Below, piece after piece: positions 1 through 16,634 of a DNA stretch of 64,000 nucleotides (its first letter is position 1; each line of letters begins with the position of its first letter). The DNA lies in NCBI RefSeq assembly GCF_009914755.1, contig NC_060926.1. The stretch is one strand, 5' to 3'. The translations under genes and the position numbers were made by a program. The DNA is from the human T2T-CHM13v2.0 reference genome, Homo sapiens. Below the pieces are notes generated by a model. It saw only the letters and a program-made list of their open reading frames with translations. It was not told where the DNA came from and did no database searches.

Positions 1-487
1 AACATTAACATGTTTCTAAAAATAAAAAATATGCATAGTTAGAGGAATGTCACTAATCCCATGTCCTCTACTGCTTGCAGATAACCAACTTCCTTATTTT
101 CCATTTTGTACTTTGTGCTTGTTTGTATCTTTCTATTTCTCCTTATTTCTTACACAAAAGGTAGCAAGTTATATAATCCTTTTGAATTTTTTTTCACTTA
201 ACATTTCCTAGGAATTAGTTCATATTAGTTATTCAAGGTCTTTTTCATTCTTTTTTTACAGTTGCATAGTACTTCATTGTGTGTGTGCAGCCATAGTTTA
301 TTTGAACAAATTCCTACACTTGGACATTTAGGTAGTTTTTAATAATTTATAATTATAAGCAATTTTTCAATGTACAATCTACTGCACTTGTATTTTCATA
401 TTTTTGGAGGTATGTTTTCAGGATAAGTTCATAGAAATGTGATTGTTGGATAACAGGATAAATGCATACAAGTTGTGTTAAATATTG
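1..487 (-). mobile_element. Old, degraded L1M (L1MC/L1ME-like) 3' region; host of the younger L1PA insertions
   Basis: Degenerate L1 3'-end motifs (ttgcatagtacttcattgtg, ggacatttaggtagtttt, atattgccaaatt). Continues at 6717-6775 and after 8283. Confidence 0.6.
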
Positions 488-1291
488 CCAAATTCTCTTT
501 TTTAAAATTTTTTATTTTTTTTTTAAATTTTATTATTATTATACTTTAAGTTTTAGGGTACATGTGCACAACGTGCAGGTTTGCTACATATGTATACATG
601 TGCCATGTTGGTGTGCTGCACCCATTAACTCGTCATTTAGCATTAGGTATATCTCCTAATGCTATCCCTCCCCCTGTCCCCCACCCCACAACAATCCCCG
701 GTGTATGATGTTCCCCTTCCTGTGTGCATGTGTTCTCATTGTTCAATTCCCACCTATGCGTGAGAACATGCGGTGTTTGGTTTTTTGTCCTTGCGATAGT
801 TTGCTGAGAATGATGGTTTCCAGTTTCATCTATGTCCCTACAAAGGACATGAAGTCATCATTTTTTATGGCTGCATAGTATTCCAAAGTGTATATGTGCC
901 ACATTTTCTTAATCCAATCTGTCGTTGTTGGACATTTAGGTTAGCTCCAAGTCTTTGTTATTGTGAATAGTGCCGCTATAAACATACGTGTGCATGTGTC
1001 TTTATAGCAGCATGATTTATAATCCTTTGGGTATATACCCAGTAATGGAATGGCTGGGTCAAGTGGTATTTCTAGTTCTAGATCCCTGAGGAATCGCCAC
1101 ACTGACTTCCACAATGGTTGAACTAGTTTACAGTCCCAGCAACAGTGTAAAAGTATTCCTGTTTCTCCACATCCTCTCTAGCACCTATGGTTTCCTGACT
1201 GTTTAATGATCACCATTCTAACTGGTGTGAGATGGTGTTGTGGTTTTGATTTGCATTTCTCTGATGGCCAGTGATGATGAGCATTTCTTCA

Positions 1292-1627
<336 letters not shown>

Positions 1628-1662
1628 TTAGGTGTTGCCTATGTCCTGAATGATATTGCCTA

Positions 1663-1950
<288 letters not shown>

Positions 1951-2353
1951 TCATGCTGTTTTGGTTACTGTAGCCTTGTAGTATAGTTTGAAGTCAGGTA
2001 GCGTGATGCCTCCAGCTTCGTTCTTTGGCTTAGGATTGACTTGGCGATGCAGGCTCTTTTTTGGTTCCATATGAACTTTAAAGTAGTTTTTTCCAATTCT
2101 GTGAAGAAAGTCATTGGTAGCTTGATGAGGATGGCATTGAATCTATAAATTACCTTGGGCAGTATGGCCATTTTCACGATATTGATTCTTCCTACCCATG
2201 AGCATGCATTGTTCTTCCGTTTCTTTGTATCCTCTTTTATTTCGTTGAGCAGTGGTTTGTAGTTCTCCTTGAAGAGGTCCTTCACATCCCTTGTAAGTTG
2301 GATTCCTAGGTATTTTATTCTCTTTGAAGCAGTTGTGAATGGGAGTTTACTCA

Positions 2354-2959
<606 letters not shown>

Positions 2960-2962
2960 TCA

Positions 2963-4589
<1,627 letters not shown>

Positions 4590-4652
4590 TATGATGTTAG
4601 CTGGTTATTTTGCTCGTTGGTTGATGCAGTTTCTTCCTAGCCTTGACGGTCT

Positions 4653-5669
4653 TTACAATTTGGCATGTTTTTGCAGTGGCTGGTTCCGGTTGTTCCTTTC
4701 CATGTTTAGTGCTTCCTTCAGGAGCTCTTTTAGGGCAGGCCTGGTGGTGACAAAATCTCTCAGCATTTGCTTGTCTGTAAAGGATTTTATTTCTCCTTCA
4801 GTTATGAAGCTTGGTTTGGCTGGATATGAAATTCTGGGTTGAAAATTCTTTTCTTTAAGAATGTTAAATATTGGCCCCCACTCTCTTCTGGCTTGTGGAG
4901 TTTCTGCCGAGATATCAGCTGTTAGGCTGATGGGCTTCCCTTTGTGAGTAACCCGACCTTTCTCTCTGGCTGCTCTTAACATTTTTTCCTTCATTTCAAC
5001 TTTGGTGAATCTGACAATTATGTGTCTTGGAGTTGCTCTTCTCAAGGAGTATCTTTGTGGCGTTCTGTGTATTTCCTGGATTTGAATGTTGGCCTGCTGT
5101 GCCAGATTGGGGAAAGTCTCCTAGATAATATCCTGCAGAGTATTTTCCAACTTGGTTCCATTCTCCCCATCACTTTCAGGTACACCAGTCAAATGTAGAT
5201 TTGGTCTTTTCACATAGTCCCATATTTCTTGGAGGCTTTGTTCATTTCTTTTTATTCTTTTTTCTCTAAACTTCTCTTCTCACTTCATTTCATTCATTTT
5301 GTCTTCCATCGCTGGTACTCTTTCTTCCAGTTGATCGCATCAGCTACTGAGGCTTCTGCATTCATCATGTAGCTCTCGTGCCTTGGTTTTCAGCTCCATC
5401 AGGTCCTTTAAGGACTTCTCTGCATTGGTTATTCTAGTTATCCATTCATCTAATTTTTTTTCAAAGCTTTTAACTTCTTTCCCATTGGTTCGAATTTCCT
5501 CCTGTAGCTCGGAGTAGTTTGATCATCTGAAGCCTTCTTCTCTCAACTCGTTAAAGTCATTCTCCGTCCAGCTTTGTTCTGTTGGTGGTGAGGAGCTGCG
5601 TTCCTTTGGAGCAGGAGAGGCGCTCTGATTTTTAGAGTTTCCAGTTTTTCTGCTCTGTGTTTTTCCCAT
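4653..5669 (-). pseudogene. L1 ORF1 (disrupted)
   Basis: ATG at 5669 (MGKTQSRKTGNS). CGA>TGA stop at codon 49 (5523-5525). C-terminal part RRATPRHIIVRF...QKHAKL appears in the ORF track. Confidence 0.88.
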
Positions 5670-6099
5670 CTTTGTGGTTTTATCTACCTTTGGTCTTTGA
5701 TGATGGTGACATACAGATGGGTTTTTGGTGTGGATGTCCTTTCTGTGTGTTAGTTTTCCTTCAAACAGACAGGACCCTCAGCTGCAGGTCTGTTGGAGTT
5801 TGCTGGAGGTCCACTCCAGACACTGTTTGCCTGGGTATCAGCAGCGGTGGCTGCTGAACAGTGGATTTTGGTGAACCGCAAATGCTGCTGCCTGATTGTT
5901 CCTCTGGAAGTTTTGTCTCAGAGGAGTACCCGGCCGTGTAAGGTGTCTGTCTGCCCCTACTGGGGGGTGCCTCCCAGTTAGGCTACTCGGGGGTCAGGGA
6001 CCCACTTGAGGAGGCAGTCTGCCCGTTCTCAGATCTCAAGCTGCATGCTGGGAGAACCACTGCTCTCTTCAAAGCTGTCAGAGAGGGACATTTAAGTCT

Positions 6100-6702
6100 G
6101 CAGAGGTTACTGCTGTCTTTTTGTTTGTCTGTGCCCTGCCTCCAGAGGTGGAGCCTACAGAGGCAGGCAGGCCTCCTTGAGCTGTGGTGGGCTCCACCCA
6201 GTTCGAGCTTCCTGGCCGCTTTGTTTACCTAATCAAACTAATTCGACAATGGCGGGCGCCCCTCCCCCAGCCTCGCTGCCGCCTTGCAGTTTGGTCTGGG
6301 ACTGCTGTTCTAGCAATAAGCGAGACTCTGTTGGTGTAGGACCCTCCGAGCCATGTGAGGGATATAATCTCCTGGTGTGCCGTTTTTTAGGCCCATTGGA
6401 AAAGCACAGTATTAGGGTGGGAGTGAACCAATTTTCCAGGTGCCATCTGTCACCCCTTTCTTTGACTAGGAAAGGGAATTCCCTGACCCCTTGTGCTTCC
6501 CGGGTGAGGCGATGTCTCGCCCTGTTTCGGCTGGCGCACAGTGCGCTGCACCCACCGTCCTGGGCCTACTGTCTGGCACTGCCCAGTGAGATGAACCCGG
6601 TACCTCAGTTGGAAATGCAGAAATCACCCATCTTCTGCGTCACTCACGCTGGGAGCTGTAGACCGGAGCTGTTCCTATTCGGCCATCTTGGCTCCTCCCC
6701 TC
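6100..6702. promoter_or_regulatory. L1 5'UTR bidirectional promoter region (sense promoter with YY1 site; antisense promoter firing on + strand)
   Basis: YY1 core ggccatcttg at 6681-6690 is intact and residual CpGs remain. Antisense promoter position is inferred from known L1 architecture. Confidence 0.6.
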
Positions 6703-6791
6703 CCAAATTCTCTTTTATAGTGGTGGTACCATCCTCACATTCCCACTGCAAATTTACAGATACAGTATATTGTTTATTTGTTTTTTTTTAA
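6249..6791 (+). CDS. L1 antisense ORF0, open for 180 codons (putative; expression unknown)
   Basis: acaATGg at 6249 gives MAGAPPPASLPPCSL..., the known ORF0 N-terminus, ~454 nt from the L1 5' end. No stop until 6789-6791. Confidence 0.6.
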   Translation: MAGAPPPASLPPCSLVWDCCSSNKRDSVGVGPSEPCEGYNLLVCRFLGPLEKHSIRVGVNQFSRCHLSPLSLTRKGNSLTPCASRVRRCLALFRLAHSALHPPSWAYCLALPSEMNPVPQLEMQKSPIFCVTHAGSCRPELFLFGHLGSSPPKFSFIVVVPSSHSHCKFTDTVYCLFVFF

Positions 6792-8282
6792 TCTTTTTTT
6801 ATTATAGTTTAAGTTTTAGGGTACATGTGCACAATGTGCATATTAGTTACATATGTATACATGTGCCATGTTGGTGTGCTACACCCATTAACTTGTCATT
6901 TAACATTAGGTATATCTCCTAATGCTATCCCTCCCCCCTCCCCCCACCCCACAACAGGCCCCAGTGTGTGATGTTCCTCTTCCTGTTTCCATGTGTTGTC
7001 ATTGTTCAACTCCCACCTATGAGTGAGAACATGCAGTGTTTGGTTTTTTTGTCCTTGAGATAGTTTGCTGAGAATGATGGTTTCCAGCTTCATCCATGTC
7101 CCTACAAAGGACATGAACTCATCATTTTTATGGCTGCATAGTATTCCATGGAGTATATGTGCCATCTTTTCTTAATCCAGTCTATCATTGTTGGACATTT
7201 GGGTTGGTTCCATGTCTTTGCTATTGTGAATAGTGCCGCAATAAACATACTTGTGCATGTGTCTTTATAGCAGCATGTTTTATAATCCTTTGGATATATA
7301 CCCAGTAATGGGATGGCTGGGTCAAACAGGATTTCTAACTCTAGATCCCTGAGGAATCGCCACACTGACTTCCACAATGGTTGAACTAGTTTACATTCTC
7401 ACCAACAGTGTAAGAGTGTTCCTATTTCTCCACATCCTCTCCAGCACCTGTTGTTTCCTGACTTTTTAATGATCACCATTCTAACTGGTGTGAGATGGTA
7501 TCTCATTGTGGTTTTGATTTGCATTTCTCTGATGGCCAGTGATGATGAGCATTTTTTCATGTGTCTTTTGCTGCATAAATGTCTTCTTTTGAGAAGTGTC
7601 TGTTCATATCCTTCGCCCACTTTTTGATGGGGTTGTTTGTTTTTTTCTTGTAAATTTGTTTGAGTTCATTGTAGATTCTGTATATTAGCCCTTTGTCAGA
7701 TGAGTAGGTTGCAAAAATTTTCTCCCATTCCATAGGTTGCCTGTTCACTCTGATGGTAGTTTCTTTTGCTGTGCAGAAGCTCTTCTGTTTAATTAGATCC
7801 CATTTGTCAATGTTGGCTTTTGTTGCCATTGCTTTTGGTGTTTTAGACATGAAGTCCTTGTCCATGCCTATGTCCTGAATGGTATTGCCTAGGTTTTCTT
7901 CTAGGGTTTTTATGGTTTCAGGTGTAACATTTAAGTCTTTAATCCATCTTGAATTAATTTTTGTATAAGATGTAAGGAAGGGATCCAGTTTCAGCTTTCT
8001 ACATTTGGCTAGCCAGTTTTCCCAGCACCATTTATTAAATAGGGAATCATTTCCCCATTTCTTGTTTTTGTCAGGTTTGTCAAAGATCAGATAGTTGTAG
8101 ATATGCGGCATTATTTCTGAGGGCTCTGTTCTGTTCCATTGATCTATATCTCTGTTTTGGTACCAGTTCCATGCTGTTTTGCTTACTGTAGCCTTGTAGT
8201 GTAGTTTGAAGTCAGATAGCGTGATGCCTCCAGCTTTGTTCTTTTGGCTTAGGATTGACTTGGCAATGTGGACTCTTTTTTG
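6776..8282 (-). mobile_element. 5'-truncated L1PA (L1PA3-5-like), ~1.5 kb
   Basis: L1 3'UTR and ORF2 C-terminal fragments ([18 protein letters not shown]...). No clear long TSD. Confidence 0.9.
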
Positions 8283-9008
8283 TTAAGTTTTTGAATTTTT
8301 GCCATATGTAAGAAATGATATCATAGTAGAGTTTTTGCTTGACATGTGTTTTAATATGCACCCAGTTCCTCTAAATTTTCAAATTCATTTGCATAGATGC
8401 ATATCCTTTATTAAGAGTTCTAACCCACACCATTTTTTCTTTTTATATCTATGTGTTTCTCTCCTCAGCTATTATTTAAAATAGTAATTTGCCTGTTTGG
8501 TTTAATTTTTTAGCAGGATTATGGTTTGTTAATTTTGTCTACTATTTTTATATTCTTTACCTCATTAATTTCTGCATTTGTCTTTATTATTTAGTTTTTC
8601 ATGCTTTCTTTATGTATGTATATATTTTTTTCATTTTCCAACTGTCTGAATAAGAAATTTAATTCATTTATTTTCGTGTGCCTGACATATGTGTTTAGGA
8701 CTATTAATTTTCCCCTGATAACTATTTGAAATGGATCCCGTAGATTCTTATAGTGTTTTATTATCATACTTTTTTTTCCCAAAAATTCTATAGTTTTCTT
8801 GTTTGTATTGCTCCTTTTACTCAAGGTTTGTTAAATGTAAGCTATTTTAATTTCCAGATAGAAAGGCCATATTTTGTTTGTTTTCATTTTTAAATTCTGG
8901 TTTTATTGCATTGTAAGTAGAGTGTTGTTTGTGATATTTCTATTTTTTGAGAATCTACTGATGTTTTCTTTGTGTTAGAATCTATAATTTATATTTGTGA
9001 ATGTTCAA

Positions 9009-9126
9009 CTGGGTGCAGTGGGGCACACCTCTGATCCTAGGATGGCTGAGATAGGAAGATGACTTGAGCTCAAGAGTTTGAGACCAGCCTGGGCAACATA
9101 GTGAGAATCCATCTCAAAAAAATAAA
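9009..9126 (+). mobile_element. Alu monomer (FLAM-like)
   Basis: Single left-arm-like unit ending gagaccagcctgggcaacatagtgagaatccatctc plus A-tail. Confidence 0.8.
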
Positions 9127-9756
9127 TCTGTAATTGCAAATTTTCTATGTACATTTGGAAGAAGATATATTCTCTATTATCGATGTGATTTATTAAATAT
9201 ATATGTACTTAATTGATTATATTTTTTAGTTTTTTTATAATCTTTACTATTTTTCTTCAGTTGGCCTATTTTGTACCAAAAATAGTTAAGTTATACTGTT
9301 ATTAGTATGTTTCTTTCTATTTTTCCAGCATCTTCTGTATTTTTCTACACATAGTTGCTGTTATATGGTGCATAGATATTCAAAACTTCTATTTCTTCAT
9401 AGTGAAATGTTAACTTTACATTCTAAAGTGTTTTTATTTGTCTCTTCTAATGCTTTTTGTCTTGAATTTTAATTTGTCAGATATTAGGATTGTACAACAT
9501 GCATTCTTCTTGTTTTAATTTGGCTGTCTTTATCCATCCCTTTATTTTTAGCCTTTTGAAACCACTACGATATGTGTGTCTTTTATATTCTGCATGAACA
9601 CAGAGGTGGGTTTACCTTTATGTGTCAGTGTAAACACTGAATTTCTCTTAATAAATGAATTAACCTTATTTACTTTTATTGATATGACAATTATCTTTGG
9701 CCTCTTCATAGTAGCTTACATTGTATTTACGGTGTGTTTAATTTTACATGTATTAA

Positions 9757-10104
<348 letters not shown>

Positions 10105-10131
10105 TTGGCTTTTTAAATATATGTAAATATA

Positions 10132-10162
<31 letters not shown>

Positions 10163-10166
<4 letters not shown>

Positions 10167-10476
10167 ATTGTATTGTATTTTGAGACAGAGTCTCACTTCA
10201 TCACCCAGGCTGGGGTGCAGTGGTACAATCTTAGCTCACTGCAACCTCTGCCTCCTGGATTCAAGCAATCCTTGTGCCTCAAGACTCCCAAGCAGCTGCG
10301 ATTATAGGCATGTACCACCATGCCCAGCTGTTTTTTTTTTTTTTTTTTTTTTTTTAAATAGAGACAGGGTTTCACCATGTTGGCCAGGCTGGTCTCAAAC
10401 TCCTGATCTCAAGTCATTTGCTTGCCTTGGCCTCCCAAAATGCTGGGATTACAGGTGTGAGCCACTGCATCTGACC
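10163..10476 (-). mobile_element. Alu (old AluS/J), preceded by (TG)n(TA)n microsatellite
   Basis: Dimeric Alu with long T linker at 10331-10355. Confidence 0.9.
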
Positions 10477-13400
10477 AATATGTTTTGGTAGTTAGGAATA
10501 CTTGCATTTTTATTTTAGAAGTTACCTTTGTATTTAACTTTGTGTAGTGCCCTTAATTTCCTCACCTTTTCTGGCCTAATTTAGTGCTGTTTGTTATGTC
10601 AGTTTTAAATTATTTCCACCTGGTACCTATAATTTTATTCCACTTTTTTACATTTTCTCTCTCTTCTTCTTCTTCTTCCATGTTTTAGGTCTGTTCTATA
10701 AATAGAATCTATTCTACTTTTTCATAGCATGAAATATTTACGTTATTCTTCTAGTCCTGACCCCATTCTCATTGTAATATTTGCTTTACAATTGTATATT
10801 TGAGAAGTTTCAGTCATTTTGCCAAAGATTTCCAAGTTATTTTTTGGTTGAATGAAGCTTAGTTTCCAGCAAATTCTTGAGGAAAATCACAATATACAGT
10901 GTTTTCTGAGTTGGGGAGATTCAAATCTGTTTGAAGAACAGTTTAGCCAGATATATTATTCTATTTACTATTCTTGAAAATGTTACTCTGTTGCAGCCTT
11001 GATTTGTATACTGTTTTGAGAAGTTTGTTGCCAGTTTTAATTTTTTTATTTTTTGCATTTTAAAATTGTCTATTTTCCTGAGAACTTGAGAATGTCTTTA
11101 TTTTAAAGTTTAATCGTTTTACTAGTATATGTCCCAGGGTCGATTGATCTGGATTAGATTTTCAGGGGATATAGTAGTTCGTTTCAATGTATAGATTCAA
11201 GCTTTCTTTATTTTGGGGGAATTTGAGGGGTTACTAGAATTTTAAACATTATTTTGGTCAGATGTTTTAATTTTCTTCATATAAAATATAGGTATGTTGG
11301 ACTATTTTCCATTTCATTTACTTTCTCTAATCTACTTCTATCTTTATCTCATCTTATTTATCTGTATTTTTGGTACTTTCCTTTAATGTTTTCACTGAAT
11401 CTTGTATGTCATCATTTGAGTATTTCCTTTCTTGGACATCTTGTTATTCATAATTCAATTTTGAAAATTTTTTTGCTTTTATTGTCTTTCTGAGTTCAGT
11501 CAATTCATTTTATTATTTCTCTATTTGTCCATTCTGGTCTTAATATTCTATTTCTGATTCAAGGTGTATGTTTTAGTCATATCTTCAAAGATTTTGAGGG
11601 TATTTACTGCTGTGTGATATTTTATGTTACAGGGTTTTTCTTTTCAGCTTTGTTCTTGGTTATTTGGAGGAGACTTTGTTAGTAGAAACATTTTCACATT
11701 TTCTGGCTTTTATTGCAGTTTTACCTGAAGGTAGTCTGTTTTATTTCAATGTCTATTTATTTCATGAATAAGGTTTCTATTTCCAAAGCATCCTCTTTTG
11801 TTGTTTCTGCCCTCTTTTGTGAGGTTTGATTTATGGATGTTGTTGCTGGTAGTGGTGATAGGAAAAGGGCGGTATCTTGTTCTGTCTTTGTTTCTGCAGG
11901 ATTCCTAATTTCCCTCCTCTAATTTCTTCTCCCTCTTTACTGCATTATCTCTAAGGTCTACCAGCTATTCCGTCTATATATGATTATCCATGACTGCCAC
12001 TTCCAGTCTCTTACATTTTGAAGTCTGTATCTGGGTTCTGAACTGCCAAGTTCCGAACTGTTTTCTGTATTTTGAAGGCATCGTTGAACTTTCTTTTTCT
12101 GAAAATGATTTTGTCTGTGTTTCATCTAAGTCTTTTACTCCTCTGCAATTTTTTTCATGGAATCTTTTAGGATTCTCTTCCTCTACGTTCCACACGCACT
12201 GGGTGACATTCATACTGGGTAATCTGTCAGATATTTTTCTACTTACATCTAATTTGAAAGTGTGTATATGTGTGTGTGTTCATGTTCTGTCTCTAGTAAT
12301 GGAGAATGCAAAGGTAATGTGTGGTTTGGTTTGCTCTGCTTGTTGATTTTCTTTTGTAGTAGTGCTGAGAGGGGAATATCAAACTCAGGCTACTGCTGTT
12401 GTTTTGCACACCTGGAAGTCAAGATAGGTTTTTCTTTTCAGTGCAACTTGATTGGTTTTAAAAATTTGAATCTATAACAACAAGAGCTCTCAAATATTTT
12501 AACTTTAAACATAATTTCGGTCTAAAAGGCAGGGGAAATTAATTTTAGTTTTGGCCATTCTACAATTTTGCCATGCAGCCATTAGGAAATTACTTATATT
12601 TTTGGGTTTCCATTTTCATCTCTATAAAATGAAGGTAATGGCCAAGACCTTCAGATGATTGCTGATATTGCTTATATCTCTAACCGGTTGTACACACATC
12701 CACAACTATGTACCTACATATCATTCTTAGTACTCTGTCTAAGAAATTTGGAGAAGATAAAGTCTGTTTTATTCTGAGAGTGGTACTGCATTTTAAATCT
12801 CTGTTGAATAATGTTTTCCAGTGACAGAAATTGATCATAATACTAAAAACATTTCATTTTGATATAACATCACACTCAAGGATACTCCTCAGGAATTTAA
12901 TATCTCAGTATGTCTGTGTGCTTATCTCTATATCTGTAGAACAATCTCTTTATTCCACAGAAGCAACTGAATGGCATATTTAAAACATAATTTCATCCTG
13001 CTATTTTAGCTTAACTGCATGATGTTAGGTTTATTACCTTTTGAAAAGTTTAAAATCATGTAAATCAAGATAAGAAATTAAGAGGCATTTTAACAGTGCA
13101 GGTTTATTTTATTGAGAATTTTAAAGAGAAAGGCTATGTAACTCAAGCAGCGTCTCCCATTAGTTGTAAACACTAAACTTAGGTAAACATCATTTTTATC
13201 AAATAACACCTAAGTTACCTCAGCTTAATCTGGCTAAGAAAGGAGTTATGAAGAAAAGGAAACTCAAATACTCTTCCAGCTAAACTTCTCAGTGATCCTT
13301 TATATTTATTTTTTGGTAGTTTAAAAATCACTTTTAATATTTTCAAAATTGCCTTCTCCGTCATATTTTTAAAACTCTTATTCAAATACCTTTGTTAAAT

Positions 13401-14419
13401 TTCACATTGCAGAAGGTGGCAATGCTCACTTTTTGGTCTAGTTCCTATAGCAGTCAGGGTTGTAACATAAACCTTGGTATATGCAGGTTTTTTTCTTCAA
13501 GTTGTTCTAATTTTTTATATGTTTCTATTAGTTTGCCTAGTGGCAGAAAAATGCTACCAGTTTAGAGTCAAAATCATTAAAAGTAATAGCATACATTCTG
13601 ATTTCCCAGATAGATTCTCTTTTGAATCTATCTCAGTTCTGGTTCATTTCTCTTCATTTTTCCATTCACATTTTATTCCTTGGTGTTATTTTCATGATGT
13701 GATGTTGCAAACGTTCGCTGAGTTAGAATCTGTAAGCTATAGAAGCAACTGTTCCCTTGTAATTATGCTATAATTTGGGCAAGCTGCTGCCATATGGATA
13801 GCACTGTTTTTGTTAAATAATTGGAATAAGCATGATTTCGAATGGCCCACTGTATGATTAAGAGTTTCTAAAGTACTTAGTTGCAATTTCACTTTTATAA
13901 AAGTACTTTTTAACTGTAAAGTGTATTTTGGAAGTATTATGTTCTATAAACAAATATTACATAATTTAGAACAAAATTAGTAGAAATTCAAATACCTTCA
14001 CAATTAGGGACTTTACTCTTATGTTATTAGTTACTTCTAATCAGTATTTTTTCCATATTCAGGGTAGATTTAGCTCTCTAGGAATATGTTTATTTATAAA
14101 TTGGATTATTACATGGTTGTAGCAAAGCTTTGTGTCACATAACTTTTTAGATTTCTGGTTGAACATGATAAAATGAACACAGCTATGTCTGCTGTATTGG
14201 GGAAATCTACTTACATGACAGTGAAATAATAAAAGAGGCATAAACTCTCAAGAAAAAATATAATAAAGGACGTGACAGTTGGGAAGAAAGTTCAACAAAT
14301 TTTGGGAGCTAAAAAGTAAAGCGATGAGTGGTAATTCACCTAGCTGAGTGGAGAAAGTAGAAAGCTCTTCTTCAGTTGGAAGATGTTGAAGAAGCAAATC
14401 AATTTACAGGGCATAGCTG

Positions 14420-14839
14420 CGTTGGGCACAAATCTATGTATTTATGACATTTTACCTCTTCCATGGCACATAGGAAGATATTTCACTGTCTTCTTTGCAG
14501 TATATTTGAGCCATTTGGCTGAGATCTGACCAATGACTTGTAGGCAGGAGCAACCTAAGCCACTTCTAAGCCAAAGTCATAAATCACCTTGGGCTACCCT
14601 CCTGCTATCTCTTTCCTTTTTAAGGGTGAACTTGAAAGCCACATATTCTAGATGGTGAATCTATAAGGTGGACACAACCTGGATTCTAAGTCTTCACTTA
14701 GAACATTGTCCTCTGGAAGAGTTGAACAACCTGCATCAAACTTTATGTGAAAAGAAAATAAACACTTATTTTAACAAATATTCAGATTTCCAGGTTTATT
14801 TGTTACCACAGTATAGCCTATTTTATTCTGACAAATACA
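14420..14839 (+). mobile_element. Old MaLR solo LTR (MLT1H/I/J-like)
   Basis: Typical MLT1 3' end aataaacac...ttgttaccacagtatagcct...ctgacaaataca. Confidence 0.55.
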
Positions 14840-16028
14840 AGATTATTGGAAGCCTTAGGAATTATAAGTTGTAAGAAACTAAAGACAAATGTGTTCAATG
14901 GTCCTAAAAATTACCCCCTTACCTAGAGAAGATAGTGTTAGTATAAAAGATCATACTGTGAAAATGCAGGGTAAAAGTAAAAGTCTATATAGTTTGTGAG
15001 AGAACCCTGACAGTGCTCCCTTTCTCTAGTGAGCTGTCATAAAAGCACCATCCAGGTTTATACACATGAAGCAAGAGATAGGGGATTCCTATCCTGAGAA
15101 AAAGGCAAGCTAAAAAGTAAAGACTTATGGATACTGGCATTTGTGGAACACAAATAAAACGCCCTGGTCCTTGCATAATCAGCCAATAGTAATGATTAGT
15201 ATTGGATAAGAGTCACCTATAATCAAAGAGCTTCCAATTTGTGTTTGTGGTGCCACATTCTAATCCCTAATAGCAAAGGATCACCAAAAATGTAAGCTAA
15301 GTCCAATGTGAAACAGTGAGGACAAAATAAATAGAAATCAGGAACTAAGAATAAAATGAGATAATGTACAGAGAGAAATAAAATAAAAATATTTTATTAT
15401 TGTCAATTATGTAAGATGAAATATTGCAGTTATGAGAACAAGATAATATTTAAAAGGAATAATTAAGAAATGAACATTAAAAATCTAATTGCAAAATAAG
15501 TTAAAAATTAATAAAAAGTTGGAGACTAATTTAGGGTAAATTACTTGGAAAGAAAGAAAACACAGAAAATAGAGCAAAAATAAAAGAAAAAGTTATATAG
15601 GTTAAATATCTGATGGGTGATGGTTCCATAAAAGGAGGACCTGTAAAACACCATACATGAAAATGAATTGATGACCTAAATATGAAATGGTAAAGTGTAA
15701 AATTTTCTAAATGAAAAAATATGCGAGCATAGATTTATAGCATTGGGATTGAGGAAAAAATCTCAAGTGTGGCATAAAAACCACAAACTATGAGGGGAAG
15801 GATAAATCAAGAAATTTAAAAACTGTATTACAAACACCATAACAAAATTAAAAATCAAATTATAGGAAAATATATTTGTATTATATAAAACCACCAACAG
15901 ACTACTCTTCAGAATCTATGCATATGTTTCTGTATGTCTGTTGTCAACATCTATGTACATATAAGTCTGTGTGCGTGTGTGTACTTAAACTCAGTAGGAA
16001 AAAAATACACGTTAGAAGTCTAAAAGTT

Positions 16029-16326
<298 letters not shown>

Positions 16327-16344
16327 TTAAAAAAAAAAATCTTG

Positions 16345-16634
16345 TAGCTATAGGGGCAAAACCATTTTCTATCTGCCCACACCCCTTGGTTCCTAACTCG
16401 TATCCCTCCAACTCCTGCTTCTGTCTCCTTCTCTGACTTTGACTTTTCTGACTCCCTCTTATAAAGATGCTGTGATGCATTGGGTCCACTGGGTACTCCA
16501 GAATCATTTCCCCTTCACAATATTCTTAACTTAATCACCTCTACAAAGTTTATTTTGCCATGTATGGTGGCACATTCATTGATTCCAATTATTAGGTGTG
16601 GACATTTTTGGAGGGCCATTGTTCACTCTACGAC
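16345..16634 (-). mobile_element. MaLR LTR fragment (MLT1D/E-like)
   Basis: cttaacttaatcacctctacaaag...ttaggtgtggacatttttggagggccatt motifs. Confidence 0.6.
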
